A stretch of DNA of 64,000 bases from an uncultured Actinomycetota bacterium (lineage in GTDB: Bacteria; Actinomycetota; Actinomycetes; Mycobacteriales; Micromonosporaceae). The first letter of the stretch is position 1. Every line of letters starts with the position of its first letter. Positions 27,700-37,062 of the stretch are shown here, in pieces. The DNA lies in the NCBI GenBank assembly GCA_963738365.1, contig CAVTWH010000004.1, positions 2,711 through 66,710 on the forward strand, given 5' to 3'. The position numbers and the translations under genes are program-made. Below the pieces are notes generated by a model, which was given only the letters and a program-made list of their open reading frames with translations, was not told the origin of the DNA and searched no databases.

Positions 27700-28548
27700 T
27701 CAGTGGCCCGGTGTCAGCACCGTGGCGTCGGTGAGGACGAGCGGCCCCCAGGTCGGTACGCCCACGCGGCCGTGCCGGGGGTCGATGGCCACGAACGGGT
27801 GCCCGCCCACCGGCGTCCAGGAGTGTCGGACCGCCGGGTCGAGCCGGGTGATCGCGGCCACCTCGGCCGGGCACTCCCAGCGGGTGAAGGCGTCGTCGAG
27901 CAGCGCGCAGTGCCCGTGGACCTGCCCGAACGGGGTCTGTCGGCCGTGCGCCGCCCGGTGCAGCCAGGGCTGGCGCAGTTCCCAGCCGGCCTCGGCCCAC
28001 AGCGGTCCGGCGTCCGGGCGGGGCGGACCGCCACCCAGCCGCATCCCGGTACGCCAGAGCGCCGAGCCCGGGTGCCGGGGCAGCGCGTCGAGCGCGGCCG
28101 CCGCTGCCCCGGCGGTGGCCGGCCGGCCCAGCTCCCGCCACAGCGGCAGGGTCAGCCCGGCGTGGCTGACCAGCAGGTCCCCGAGGCTGGCCGAGCGCAC
28201 CGCCGCGGCCACCCGTAGGGTCCCGGCGCGCCACCAGTCGCGTAGCCGTTCGGCCTGGTCGGGGGCGAGCGGCTCGGGCCAGTGGAAACGGGAGGCGCCG
28301 GGCAGGTACTGGGCCTCGTGGTTGCCGATCAGTTGGATCCACCGGGCCGGCTGGTCGGCCAGGGCGCGCTCGGCGATGTCCAGCACGCCGGGGGAGTCGG
28401 GGCCGCGGTGCACCAGGTCGCCGACCTGGATCACGGTGAGGTCGGCGGGCAGCCCCAGGTCGGCGGGGTCGGCGCCGAGCGCCAGCAGGGCGTGGCGGAG
28501 CAGATCGGCGTGGCCGCCGACATCGCCGATGATCGCTAGCCGGGGCAC
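27700..28548 (-). CDS. metallophosphoesterase (calcineurin-like)
   Basis: Motifs GDVGGH, GDLVHRG and GNHE. Start set at GTG 28548 (VPRLAIIGDVGG). The longer ORF extension to 28767 runs over the operator region and is not protein-like. Confidence 0.8.
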   Translation of the reverse strand: MPRLAIIGDVGGHADLLRHALLALGADPADLGLPADLTVIQVGDLVHRGPDSPGVLDIAERALADQPARWIQLIGNHEAQYLPGASRFHWPEPLAPDQAERLRDWWRAGTLRVAAAVRSASLGDLLVSHAGLTLPLWRELGRPATAGAAAAALDALPRHPGSALWRTGMRLGGGPPRPDAGPLWAEAGWELRQPWLHRAAHGRQTPFGQVHGHCALLDDAFTRWECPAEVAAITRLDPAVRHSWTPVGGHPFVAIDPRHGRVGVPTWGPLVLTDATVLTPGH

Positions 28549-28668
28549 CGGGCCAGTCTGCCGGAGCCGATCACCGGCGCGCCACCGGACTCGCCACCCG
28601 CGGCGTGAACCCCGGCAGTCCGACGCCAGTTGGGCAGCGGCCGTGAGCGGCGTCACCCCGGTGGTCAT

Positions 28669-28685
28669 TACGGAACGGTTCCGTA
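28669..28685. promoter_or_regulatory. palindromic operator 1, TACGGAAC-G-GTTCCGTA
   Basis: Perfect 8-bp arms in the divergent spacer between the phosphoesterase and MFS genes. Presumed site for the downstream TetR. Confidence 0.55.
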
Positions 28686-28717
28686 TCGCTGGCGGGTGGC
28701 GTAGCGTCACTCTCAAA

Positions 28718-28734
28718 TACGGAACCGTTGCGTA
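28718..28734. promoter_or_regulatory. palindromic operator 2, TACGGAAC-C-GTTGCGTA
   Basis: Second copy with one arm mismatch, 49 bp centre-to-centre from operator 1 and just upstream of the MFS start. Confidence 0.5.
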
Positions 28735-28751
28735 TCGCAAATGGGGGACTC

Positions 28752-30335
28752 GTGGACAACGCAACACCCGACAGCGGCCATCCGCGTCGCTGGACCATCC
28801 TGGCCGTCCTGGTGGTCAGCCTGGTCGTGGTCGTACTCGACAACACCGTGCTCAACGTGGCCCTGCGCACCATCGCCGACCCGGCCCACGGCCTGGGCGC
28901 CAGCCAGAGCCAGCTGGAGTGGGCGATCAACTCGTACACCCTGGTCTTCGCGGGTCTGCTCTTCACCGCCGGCGTCCTCGGCGACCGCTGGGGCCGGCGC
29001 TCCATGCTGATCGCCGGCATGGCCACCTTCGGCCTGGCCTCGCTGGCCTCCTCCTACGCCGGCTCGCCCGACCAGCTGATCGCGGCCCGGGCGGTGATGG
29101 GCCTGGGTGCCGCCGCCATCATGCCGGCCACCCTGTCCATCATCTCCAACGTCTTCGACCCGCGTGAGCGGGCCCGCGCCATCGGCGTGTGGGCCGGCGC
29201 GGTCGGTCTGGGCGTGGCGATCGGGCCGGTGGTCGGCGGGCTGCTGCTCGAACACTTCTGGTGGGGCTCGGTTTTCCTGATCAACGTGCCGATCGTGGTG
29301 GCCGGACTGGTCGCTATCGTGGCCCTGGTGCCCAACTCGCGTGACCCGCGCCCGGGCCGGGTCGACGTGGCCGGGGTGCTGCTGTCCATCGCCGGGCTGG
29401 TGCTCGTCGTGTACGGCATCATCAACGGCGGCGACCACGGCTTCGGCCGCCCGCAGGCCTGGGGCAGCCTGGTCGGCGGTCTGGCCATCCTGGTGGCGTT
29501 CGTGCTGGTGGAGCGCTGGGTGGCGTTCCCCTCGCTGGACGTCGGACTGTTCCGCAATCCGCGCTTCTCGGCGGCTGTCGGAGCGGTCGGCCTGATCTTC
29601 TTCGCGGCCATGGGGTCGATGTTCTTCCTGGCCTTCTACCTGCAGCTGGTCCGGGGATACAGCCCGCTGGCGGCCGGCGCGCTGATGACCCCGTTCGCCG
29701 CCGCGCAGTTGATCTTCGCTCCGCGCAGCGCCGCCGCGGTGCGCCGCTTCGGCGCCAAGGCGGTGTGCGGCGTCGGGCTGGCTCTGGTCACCCTGGGTCT
29801 GGCCGGATTCCTGGTGGTGGACACCGACACCCCGATCTGGGTGGTCGCACTGCTCGCCTTCATCCAGGGTGCCGGGATGGCCAACGTGATCCCGCCGGCC
29901 ACCGAGTCGATCATGTCCACCCTGCCCCGGGAGAAGGCCGGCGTCGGCTCGGCCGTCTCCAACACGGTGCGTCAGGTGGGTGGCGCCCTGGGCGTCGCGG
30001 TGCTGGGCTCCATCCTCAGCGCCGTCTACCGCAGCCAGATCAAGCCCGACCTGGCCGGCCTGCCGGCACCGGTGCGCTCCGCCGCCGCCGAATCCATCTC
30101 CGGTACGTACGCCGCCGCCGCGCACGCCGGCCCGGCCGCACCGGCCCTGCTCCGGGCCGGGAACAGCGCCTTCGTCGACGCCATGCACGCCGGGGCGCTG
30201 GGTTCGGTGTTCGTCGGGGTGGTGGGCGTGGCCGTGGTGCTGCGCTGGCTGCCCGGCCGGCAGCGGGGACCGGTCCAGCCGGTCGCCACGCCGCTGGAGA
30301 GCCTGGGTGAACAGCTGGAACTAGCCGAAGCCTAG
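28752..30335 (+). CDS. MFS transporter, DHA2/EmrB-QacA-like drug efflux
   Basis: ORF 28728..30335, a 14-TMS-type sequence (LDNTVLNVALRTI, GVLGDRWGRR). GTG 28752 is preferred over TTG 28728, which lies inside operator 2. Confidence 0.88.
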   Translation: MDNATPDSGHPRRWTILAVLVVSLVVVVLDNTVLNVALRTIADPAHGLGASQSQLEWAINSYTLVFAGLLFTAGVLGDRWGRRSMLIAGMATFGLASLASSYAGSPDQLIAARAVMGLGAAAIMPATLSIISNVFDPRERARAIGVWAGAVGLGVAIGPVVGGLLLEHFWWGSVFLINVPIVVAGLVAIVALVPNSRDPRPGRVDVAGVLLSIAGLVLVVYGIINGGDHGFGRPQAWGSLVGGLAILVAFVLVERWVAFPSLDVGLFRNPRFSAAVGAVGLIFFAAMGSMFFLAFYLQLVRGYSPLAAGALMTPFAAAQLIFAPRSAAAVRRFGAKAVCGVGLALVTLGLAGFLVVDTDTPIWVVALLAFIQGAGMANVIPPATESIMSTLPREKAGVGSAVSNTVRQVGGALGVAVLGSILSAVYRSQIKPDLAGLPAPVRSAAAESISGTYAAAAHAGPAAPALLRAGNSAFVDAMHAGALGSVFVGVVGVAVVLRWLPGRQRGPVQPVATPLESLGEQLELAEA

Positions 30336-30351
30336 ACGGGTCAGCAACAAT

Positions 30352-31008
30352 ATGGACATGACGTCCAGCGCTGCGTCGGCCGACCAGGAGCGCAAGACTC
30401 CTGGCCGGCCGCGCAGCGCGCGCGCCGACGAGGCGATCATCGAGGCCACCCTGGACCTGCTGGCCGGCGGGACCCCGGTCGAGGCGCTGTCCATCGAGGC
30501 GGTCGCAGCCCGGGCCGGGGTCGGCAAGGCGACCATCTACCGCCGCTGGGCCAACAAGGAGTCGCTGATCGTCGACGCTGTGGCCAGCATCAAGGGTGAA
30601 GCGCCGCCGTTCATCGGCGGCGGCACGGTGCGGGAGGACCTGATCGAGGCGCTACGCCCGGTCGGCCACGCCGGGCACAACAGGTTCGGCACGATCATGC
30701 CGTGCCTGCTCGGGGAGCTGAAGCGCAATCCGGAGCTGGCCCGCTCGTACGGCAAACTCACCGAACCGCGTCGCGAACTGCTGCGCCAGGTGATCCGTCG
30801 GGGCATGCTGATCGGCGAGATCCGCGCCGACCTCGACGTCGAGGTGGCCGTGTCGATGCTGGTGGCCCCGATCATCCTGCAGAACATGATGTCCTGGAAC
30901 CCGGCGCTGGACGGCGTCGACCTGCCAATGGCGCTGGTGGACGCGCTGCTGGTCCCGGCGGCTGACCGGGGCCCGGCAAACGCTGCCGGACCCCGGGGTG
31001 GGGGCTAG
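30352..31008 (+). CDS. TetR/AcrR-family transcriptional regulator
   Basis: 218 aa with the HTH LSIEAVAARAGVGKATIYRRWANKESL. It lies 17 nt after the MFS stop, so it is probably co-transcribed. Confidence 0.9.
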   Translation: MDMTSSAASADQERKTPGRPRSARADEAIIEATLDLLAGGTPVEALSIEAVAARAGVGKATIYRRWANKESLIVDAVASIKGEAPPFIGGGTVREDLIEALRPVGHAGHNRFGTIMPCLLGELKRNPELARSYGKLTEPRRELLRQVIRRGMLIGEIRADLDVEVAVSMLVAPIILQNMMSWNPALDGVDLPMALVDALLVPAADRGPANAAGPRGGG

Positions 31009-31211
31009 CGCAGGTCGTACCGGCCGGCGCGGGCGTCGGCCACGAAGGCCACCCAGCTCGCCCGGTCGAAGCGCAGCACGCCACCGTCGCGGTTCTTGGA
31101 GTCCCGCACCCCGATGACCGGGTGCAGGTCGGCGACCTCGACGCAGTTGCCGCCGTTGTCAGCGCTGTAGGAGCTGGTGCGCCACGAAGCGCACTTTGCG
31201 ATGTCGGACAT
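31005..31211 (-). CDS. DUF397 domain protein
   Basis: 68 aa with the hallmark WRTSSYSADNGGNCVEVA ... VRDSK ... WVAF. Confidence 0.85.
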   Translation of the reverse strand: MSDIAKCASWRTSSYSADNGGNCVEVADLHPVIGVRDSKNRDGGVLRFDRASWVAFVADARAGRYDLR

Positions 31212-31235
31212 CCGCTGTCAGACCTTCCCTTTTCG

Positions 31236-32090
31236 CTACTGGATACTCTTTCCTGCTGCCCTGATCCGTTCGACGGACTGCCGGGGTGGCAGCGCCGCCG
31301 CGATCAGGTGGTTGAACGCGCGGTCGTAGACCGCGACCTCGTGCGGCTTCTCCAGATAGAGCGCTCCGGTCAGGTGGTCGAGGAACACCACGTCCGGGTC
31401 GGCCCGTTCGGGGAAGCCGATGATCACGAAGGGGGTTGCCATCGCCGGGTGCGCGCCCGATTCGTTGGGGATCACCTGAACCGTGACGTTGTCCAGCTCG
31501 GCCAGCTCGGCTACGTGCAGCAGCTGGTCGCGCATCACCTCGGGGCCGCCGACCAGGCGGCACAGCGCCGCCTCGCTGACGATCGCCCAGTACGTGCAGG
31601 AGTGCTCCGCGTGCAGCAGCTGCTGGCGCGACTGGCGCAGCGAGATGATCCGCTCGGTGTTCTGCGGGGACTGCGCCACCGCCTGCTCCAGCAGCGCCCG
31701 GATGTACCCCTCGGTCTGCAGCAGGCCCGGGATGAGCTGGATCTCGTAGGTCCGGATGGCGTTGGCGGCCGCCTCCATCCCCAGGAACGTCTCGAACCAG
31801 TCCGGGACGGCGTCGTCGAAGCTCTGCCACCAGTCCGGCGTCTTGGCGTCCCGGGCCAGCTGGACCAGCTGCTCGGTCTGCGCGGCGTCGGCCCGGTAGA
31901 GCTGGCACAGCGCCTGGACGTCGATCAGCCGGGCCGGCACCCGGGCGTTCTCCATCCGGCTGATCTTCGAGGTGGAGCAGCCCAGGTGCTCGGCCGCCTG
32001 CTCGCAGGTGATGCCCGCATACTCGCGCAGCCGGCGCAGCTCGGTACCCAGGCGGCGCCGCCGCACCGTGGGACTGTGCCGTACCGACAT
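31236..32090 (-). CDS. XRE-family HTH protein with DUF5753-like C-terminal domain
   Basis: Start set at ATG 32090 (MSVRHSPTVRRRRLGTELRRLREYAGITCEQAAEHLGCSTSKISRMENA). This is the typical partner located upstream of DUF397 genes in actinomycetes. Confidence 0.85.
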   Translation of the reverse strand: MSVRHSPTVRRRRLGTELRRLREYAGITCEQAAEHLGCSTSKISRMENARVPARLIDVQALCQLYRADAAQTEQLVQLARDAKTPDWWQSFDDAVPDWFETFLGMEAAANAIRTYEIQLIPGLLQTEGYIRALLEQAVAQSPQNTERIISLRQSRQQLLHAEHSCTYWAIVSEAALCRLVGGPEVMRDQLLHVAELAELDNVTVQVIPNESGAHPAMATPFVIIGFPERADPDVVFLDHLTGALYLEKPHEVAVYDRAFNHLIAAALPPRQSVERIRAAGKSIQ

Positions 32091-32294
32091 GCGCACAGCT
32101 TTTCGCTCCGCACGCATCGACGCAACCGTGAAGGCGTGTCGGGCGATGCGGTCGCACGCGTTGTGCGACACCGGAAACAGGCCGGCAACAGGACCGTTAC
32201 CCGGTTCTGACATACGGACAGCCGGTCCGGTGGGCGGGACGGCTGGGCGCTGGCGTGGCGACCACCGCGCCCCGCCGGCCCGGGCGCTACAGTG

Positions 32295-32310
32295 TCGAAC
32301 AAACGTTTGA
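32295..32310 (+). promoter_or_regulatory. candidate LexA (SOS) box TCGAAC-AAAC-GTTTGA upstream of ruvC
   Basis: It matches the actinobacterial TCGAAC-N4-GTTCGA consensus with one mismatch. It is immediately preceded by the TACAGT -10-like hexamer (32288..32293) and lies 43 nt upstream of the ruvC GTG. Confidence 0.5.
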
Positions 32311-32352
32311 GCGGGGCCGGCCGGGATCGGAGCTGGCCGGGGAGGACGCGGG

Positions 32353-32889
32353 GTGCGGGTGCTGGGGGTCGATCCGGGGCTGACCCGCTGCGGGGTCGGC
32401 ATCGTCGAGGGCCGACCCGGGCGGGCCTGCACACTGGTCGCCTACTACGTCATCACCTCCGACCCGGACGAGGAGCTGTCCGCCCGGCTGCTGCACCTGG
32501 ACCGGTCGCTGGCCGAGCTGGTGACCGAGCACCAGCCGGAGAGCATCGCCGTCGAGCGGGTGTTCAGCCAGCACAACGTGCGTACGGTGATGGGTACGGC
32601 GCAGGCCGGCGCGGTGGCGGTGCTGGCCGCCGCCAAGCGCGACATCCCGGTCCAGCTCTATACGCCCAGCGAGGTCAAGGCCGCCGTCACCGGCTCCGGC
32701 CAGGCCGACAAGGCACAGGTGACGGCGATGGTGACCCGGCTGCTCAAGCTGTCCTCCCCGCCCCGTCCGGCGGACGCCGCCGACGCCCTGGCGCTGGCCA
32801 TCTGCCACGTCTGGAAGGGTGGTACCCGGGCCCGGCTGGCTGCGGCGGTGGCCGGGCAGAGCGGCCTGATCCGAGGAGCGGCACGATGA
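32353..32889 (+). CDS. ruvC: crossover junction endodeoxyribonuclease
   Basis: 178 aa beginning [16 protein letters not shown], with ERVF and [12 protein letters not shown] motifs. Confidence 0.95.
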   Translation: MRVLGVDPGLTRCGVGIVEGRPGRACTLVAYYVITSDPDEELSARLLHLDRSLAELVTEHQPESIAVERVFSQHNVRTVMGTAQAGAVAVLAAAKRDIPVQLYTPSEVKAAVTGSGQADKAQVTAMVTRLLKLSSPPRPADAADALALAICHVWKGGTRARLAAAVAGQSGLIRGAAR

Positions 32890-33491
32890 TCGCGAGCCTG
32901 CGTGGCGTGGTGGCCGCGGTGGCACCGGACGCCGCCGTACTGGAGGTCGGCGGCGTCGGGCTGGCGGTGCACTGCACCCCCGGTACCCTCGCCGGGCTGC
33001 GCGTCGGGCAGCCCGCCCGGCTGGCCACCACGCTGGTCGTCAGGGAGGATTCGCTCACCCTCTACGGCTTCGCCGACGACGACGAGAAGCACCTCTTCGA
33101 GCTGCTCCAGACGGCCAGCGGGGTGGGGCCACGGCTGGCCCAGGCGGCGCTTGCGGTGCTCGCGCCGGACCAGATCCGCAAGGCCATCGCGGGCGCCGAC
33201 ACCGGCGTGCTCACCCGGGTGCCCGGGATCGGCAAGAAGGGCGCCGAGCGGATCATCCTGGAGCTGCGCGACAAGATCGGCCCGGCGCTGATCGGCGGGC
33301 CGCAGTCGGCCGCCGGCCCCGGCGCGTCCGCCTGGCCTGAGCAGGTCCGCCAGGCGCTGGTCGGGCTGGGCTGGACGGCCGGCCAGGCCGACCAGGCGGT
33401 GGCCGCGGTCGGCGAAACCGTCACCGGGGACACCCCGCCGGTCGCCGACCTGCTGCGCCAGGCCATCCGGCTGCTCGGGCGGGCCCGGTGA
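32886..33491 (+). CDS. ruvA: Holliday junction branch migration complex subunit
   Basis: ATG 32886 overlaps the ruvC TGA (ATGA). It begins MIASLRGVV and has the HhH motifs [14 protein letters not shown]. Confidence 0.93.
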   Translation: MIASLRGVVAAVAPDAAVLEVGGVGLAVHCTPGTLAGLRVGQPARLATTLVVREDSLTLYGFADDDEKHLFELLQTASGVGPRLAQAALAVLAPDQIRKAIAGADTGVLTRVPGIGKKGAERIILELRDKIGPALIGGPQSAAGPGASAWPEQVRQALVGLGWTAGQADQAVAAVGETVTGDTPPVADLLRQAIRLLGRAR

Positions 33492-34537
33492 GCGAGCTGG
33501 TCTCCGCCTTCGCCGACCCCGGCGAAGTCGACGCCGAGGCGAGTGTCCGGCCCCGCCGGCTGGCCGACTTCGTCGGCCAGCACCGCGTCCGGGAGCAGCT
33601 GGAGCTGCTGCTGCACAGCGCCCTGCGGCGCGGTTCGCCGCCCGATCACATCCTGCTGTCCGGCTCGCCCGGACTGGGTAAGACCACGCTGGCCATGATC
33701 GTCGCGGCCGAGCTGGGCGCCGGCCTGCGGATCACCAGCGGGCCGGCGATCGAGCGCTCCGGCGACCTGGCCGCGGTGCTGACCAGCCTGACCACCGGGG
33801 ACGTACTGTTCATCGACGAGATCCACCGGATCGCCAAGCCGGCCGAGGAGCTGCTCTACAGCGCCATGGAGGACTTCCGGGTGGACGTGGTGGTCGGCAA
33901 GGGTCCGGGGGCCACCGCCATCCCGCTGGACGTGGAGCCGTTCACCCTGGTGGGCGCCACCACCCGGGCCGGGCTGCTGACCGGCCCGATGCGCGACCGG
34001 TTCGGCTTCGTGGCGCACCTGGACTTCTACGAGGCCGCCGAACTGGAGCAGGTGATCATCCGGTCGGCCCGGATCCTCGGCGTCCCGGTCACCGGTGACG
34101 GCGCCGCCGAGATCGCCGGCCGGTCCCGGGGGACCCCGCGGATCGCCAACCGGCTGCTGCGCCGGGTCCGGGACTTCGCGGAGGTACGCGGTCAGGGCGT
34201 GGTGGACCTGGCCACGGCGCGCGGGGCGCTGCGCGTCTACGACGTGGACGAGCTGGGCCTGGACCGGCTGGACCGGGCGGTGCTCACCGCCCTGTGCCGG
34301 CACTTCGGCGGCGGCCCGGTCGGGCTCTCCACGCTCGCCGTCGCGGTCGGGGAGCAGCCGGACACCGTGGAGGAGGTGTGTGAGCCGTTCCTGGTCCGGG
34401 AAGGGCTGCTGGCCCGGACCCCGCGGGGCCGGGTGGCCACCGCCGGTGGGTGGCGTCACCTGGGCCTAACGCCGCCAACTGGTACTTTTGGGTCGGGCGC
34501 CGAGACGACGCCCGACCTGTTCAGCGCCGAGCCATAG
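33488..34537 (+). CDS. ruvB: Holliday junction branch migration DNA helicase
   Basis: 349 aa with Walker [12 protein letters not shown], Walker B LFIDEIHR and [15 protein letters not shown]. Confidence 0.97.
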   Translation: MSELVSAFADPGEVDAEASVRPRRLADFVGQHRVREQLELLLHSALRRGSPPDHILLSGSPGLGKTTLAMIVAAELGAGLRITSGPAIERSGDLAAVLTSLTTGDVLFIDEIHRIAKPAEELLYSAMEDFRVDVVVGKGPGATAIPLDVEPFTLVGATTRAGLLTGPMRDRFGFVAHLDFYEAAELEQVIIRSARILGVPVTGDGAAEIAGRSRGTPRIANRLLRRVRDFAEVRGQGVVDLATARGALRVYDVDELGLDRLDRAVLTALCRHFGGGPVGLSTLAVAVGEQPDTVEEVCEPFLVREGLLARTPRGRVATAGGWRHLGLTPPTGTFGSGAETTPDLFSAEP

Positions 34538-34713
34538 ACGCGGGCAGGGGGTCCCGCTAGGCCGGCGGAGCGTTCCCGTAATCTGAACGTGATCTACGCC
34601 GCTTTCGGGGTTCCCGGCTTGACCGACTAGACTCGCCGCGGTCTGAACGGGACGAATATCTGGCTGCCCTGCGCGCTGGCGCGCGGCGTGGCCCCATCGG
34701 AAGGCTTAACACG

Positions 34714-35109
34714 GTGTTCTTGGCAGCAGGCGGCGGCGGCGGCAGTTACAGCACGTTGCTTCTCTTCATTCTGATCCCGGTCGCGCTCTACTTCCTCATG
34801 ATCCGGCCGCAGCAGCGCCGGGCCAAGGAGGCGCAGGCGATGCAGAGCAGCCTCGAACCCGGCGCCGAGGTGATGACCAGCAGCGGAATTTACGGCACCG
34901 TCGCCGAGGTGGACGCCGAGGAGGGCACCGTCTCGGTGGAGGTCTCGCCGGACATCTACATCACCTTCGCCCGTGGCGCCATCAGCCGGGTCATCACCCC
35001 GGCACCGGCGATCGCCACCGACGACGAGGCCGACTCCGACGCTGACAGCGCCACGAGCACCCTGCAGGTGGACGAGGCCAACCCCGTGATCGAGCGGCGC
35101 AAGGACTGA
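34714..35109 (+). CDS. yajC: preprotein translocase subunit YajC
   Basis: A single TM helix followed by MIRPQQRRAKE ... GIYGTV. It has a C-terminal acidic extension. Confidence 0.88.
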   Translation: MFLAAGGGGGSYSTLLLFILIPVALYFLMIRPQQRRAKEAQAMQSSLEPGAEVMTSSGIYGTVAEVDAEEGTVSVEVSPDIYITFARGAISRVITPAPAIATDDEADSDADSATSTLQVDEANPVIERRKD

Positions 35110-35176
35110 CGGTCGCCCCCACGACCCGCCCGTCCCATCCCGCGCACCCAACTCACTATCGGAAGACGAGACAACC

Positions 35177-37060
35177 GTGGCCGCACCCTCCGGACAGATG
35201 AAGGTCTCGCGGTACTTTCTGGTACTCGCGGGCATCCTGATTCTGATTTATGGGCTGGTTTTCCTGACCGGCAACAAGAAGCCGCACCCCAAGTTGGGGC
35301 TGGACCTCAAGGGCGGGACGACGCTGACGTTGACCGCCACCAATCAGGCCAACGGCAAGCCGCCGACGAAGGACAACCTGGACCAGTCGCGCTCGATCAT
35401 CGCCCAGCGCGTGGACGCCACCGGTGTGGCCGAGGCCGAGGTCGTCACCGATGGCAACAACCACATCATCGTCAACGTCGCCCAGGGCATCAGCGAGGAC
35501 GACCTGAAAAAGCTGGTCTCACCCTCCCAGCTGATGTTCCGCAAGGTGCTCTCCACGGGCACCGACCACCCGTACACGGCTCCGTCGGCCAGCGCGTCCG
35601 CGTCGGGGTCCGCGTCGGCCAGCGGGTCGGCATCGCCCAGCGTGTCGGAGTCGGCGAGCGTGTCGCCCAGCGCGTCGGCGTCGGCCAGCGCCTCACCCAG
35701 CGCGAGCGCCTCGGCGTCGGCCGCCGCCTCGGCCAGCCCCAGCGCGTCGCTGAACCCCTCCGAGCAGGCGGCGGAGCAGCAGCAGGAGAAGCTCTTCGCG
35801 CAGGCCCAGACCAAGCTCGGTGACGAGCTGGGCCTGGCGGAGCAGGTAATCCAAGGGCTGCAGCAGCAGCAGGTCACCATGGACCAGATCAACCAGAACT
35901 ACACGTCGTTCGACAAGTTCGCCACGCTGACGCCGGCCGAGGTCGGCGCGCTGCCTCCGACGGTGCAGTTCATCGTCCCCACGATCACCTGCGAGCAGCT
36001 CAACGCGCGTGACCCCGGCGCCGTGGGGGACAAGAGCAAGCAGGTGGTGGCCTGCGGCAACGAGGACCAGGCGCACACCAAGTACATGCTGGACGCCGCG
36101 AAGGTGGTCGGTACCGACGTCAAGTCCGCGAGCAGCGGGTTCGACACCGCCGAAGGCTGGCACACCAGTATCCAGTTCACCGGGGCGGGCGGCAGCAAGT
36201 GGACCAAGCTGACCCAGGAGATCGCTGACGCCAACACCTCCGGCGGGCAGCCGGGCGCTCTGGCCATCGTGCTGGACAACGTGGTCGTCACGGCCCCCAC
36301 GGTGTCCAAGACGATCGTCGGTGACGCGATCATCAACGGTGGCGGGATCAACGAGCAGAGCGCCAAGCTGCTGGCCAACCAGCTGAAGTTCGGCGCGCTG
36401 CCGGTCAACTTCAAGATCGAGTCGGTGGACAGCGTGAGCGCCACCCTCGGCATCCAGCAGCTCAAGTACGGCCTGCTGGCCGGCGCGATCGGGCTGGCGC
36501 TGGTCGTCCTGTACTGCCTGTTCTACTACCGGGCGCTGGGCCTGGTGGTGATCGCCAGCCTCGCGGTCTCCGGCCTCATCATCTTCGGGACCCTGGTGCT
36601 GCTCGGCCGGTGGATGGGCTTCACCCTGAGCCTGGCCGGTATCGCTGGTTTCATCGTGGCCATCGGTATCACCGCCGACTCGTTCGTGGTGTTCTTCGAA
36701 CGACTCAAAGACGAGGTCAAGAGCGGTCGGTCGGTGCGCAGTTCGGTGCCCCGGGCGTGGCAGAAGGCCCGGCGGACGATCCTGTCCGCGGACGCGGTGT
36801 CGTTCCTGGCGGCCGCCGTGCTCTACGTGCTGGCGGCTGGACAGGTGAAGGGTTTCGCGTTCACCCTGGGTATATCCACCATCATCGACCTGATCGTGGT
36901 GTTCCTGTTCACCCACCCGCTGGTGGCGCTGCTGGCCCGGTCCCCGGCCTTCACCTCGCCGAGGATCTCCGGGCTGGGTAACCTGCGGCACGACCGCGAT
37001 GTCGAGCCGGCCACCGCGTCGGCCGCGCGCCTGCGCACCGTTCGTACGAAGGAGTCCTGA
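35177..37060 (+). CDS. secD: protein translocase subunit SecD
   Basis: 627 aa with LGLDLKGG, the GGxxWxxLT region and a C-terminal 6-TM bundle. It contains a Ser/Ala-rich insert of about 55 aa. An alternative start is ATG 35198. Confidence 0.93.
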   Translation: MAAPSGQMKVSRYFLVLAGILILIYGLVFLTGNKKPHPKLGLDLKGGTTLTLTATNQANGKPPTKDNLDQSRSIIAQRVDATGVAEAEVVTDGNNHIIVNVAQGISEDDLKKLVSPSQLMFRKVLSTGTDHPYTAPSASASASGSASASGSASPSVSESASVSPSASASASASPSASASASAAASASPSASLNPSEQAAEQQQEKLFAQAQTKLGDELGLAEQVIQGLQQQQVTMDQINQNYTSFDKFATLTPAEVGALPPTVQFIVPTITCEQLNARDPGAVGDKSKQVVACGNEDQAHTKYMLDAAKVVGTDVKSASSGFDTAEGWHTSIQFTGAGGSKWTKLTQEIADANTSGGQPGALAIVLDNVVVTAPTVSKTIVGDAIINGGGINEQSAKLLANQLKFGALPVNFKIESVDSVSATLGIQQLKYGLLAGAIGLALVVLYCLFYYRALGLVVIASLAVSGLIIFGTLVLLGRWMGFTLSLAGIAGFIVAIGITADSFVVFFERLKDEVKSGRSVRSSVPRAWQKARRTILSADAVSFLAAAVLYVLAAGQVKGFAFTLGISTIIDLIVVFLFTHPLVALLARSPAFTSPRISGLGNLRHDRDVEPATASAARLRTVRTKES

Positions 37061-37062
37061 CG

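Noticed and set aside
28549-28767. Longer N-terminal extensions of the metallophosphoesterase (to 28767), of SARP-1 (to 12435) and of the XRE protein (to 32432).
   Set aside because: The extensions are R/P-rich and unlike homologue N-termini. For the phosphoesterase, the extension runs through the operator palindromes. Internal starts give canonical N-termini.
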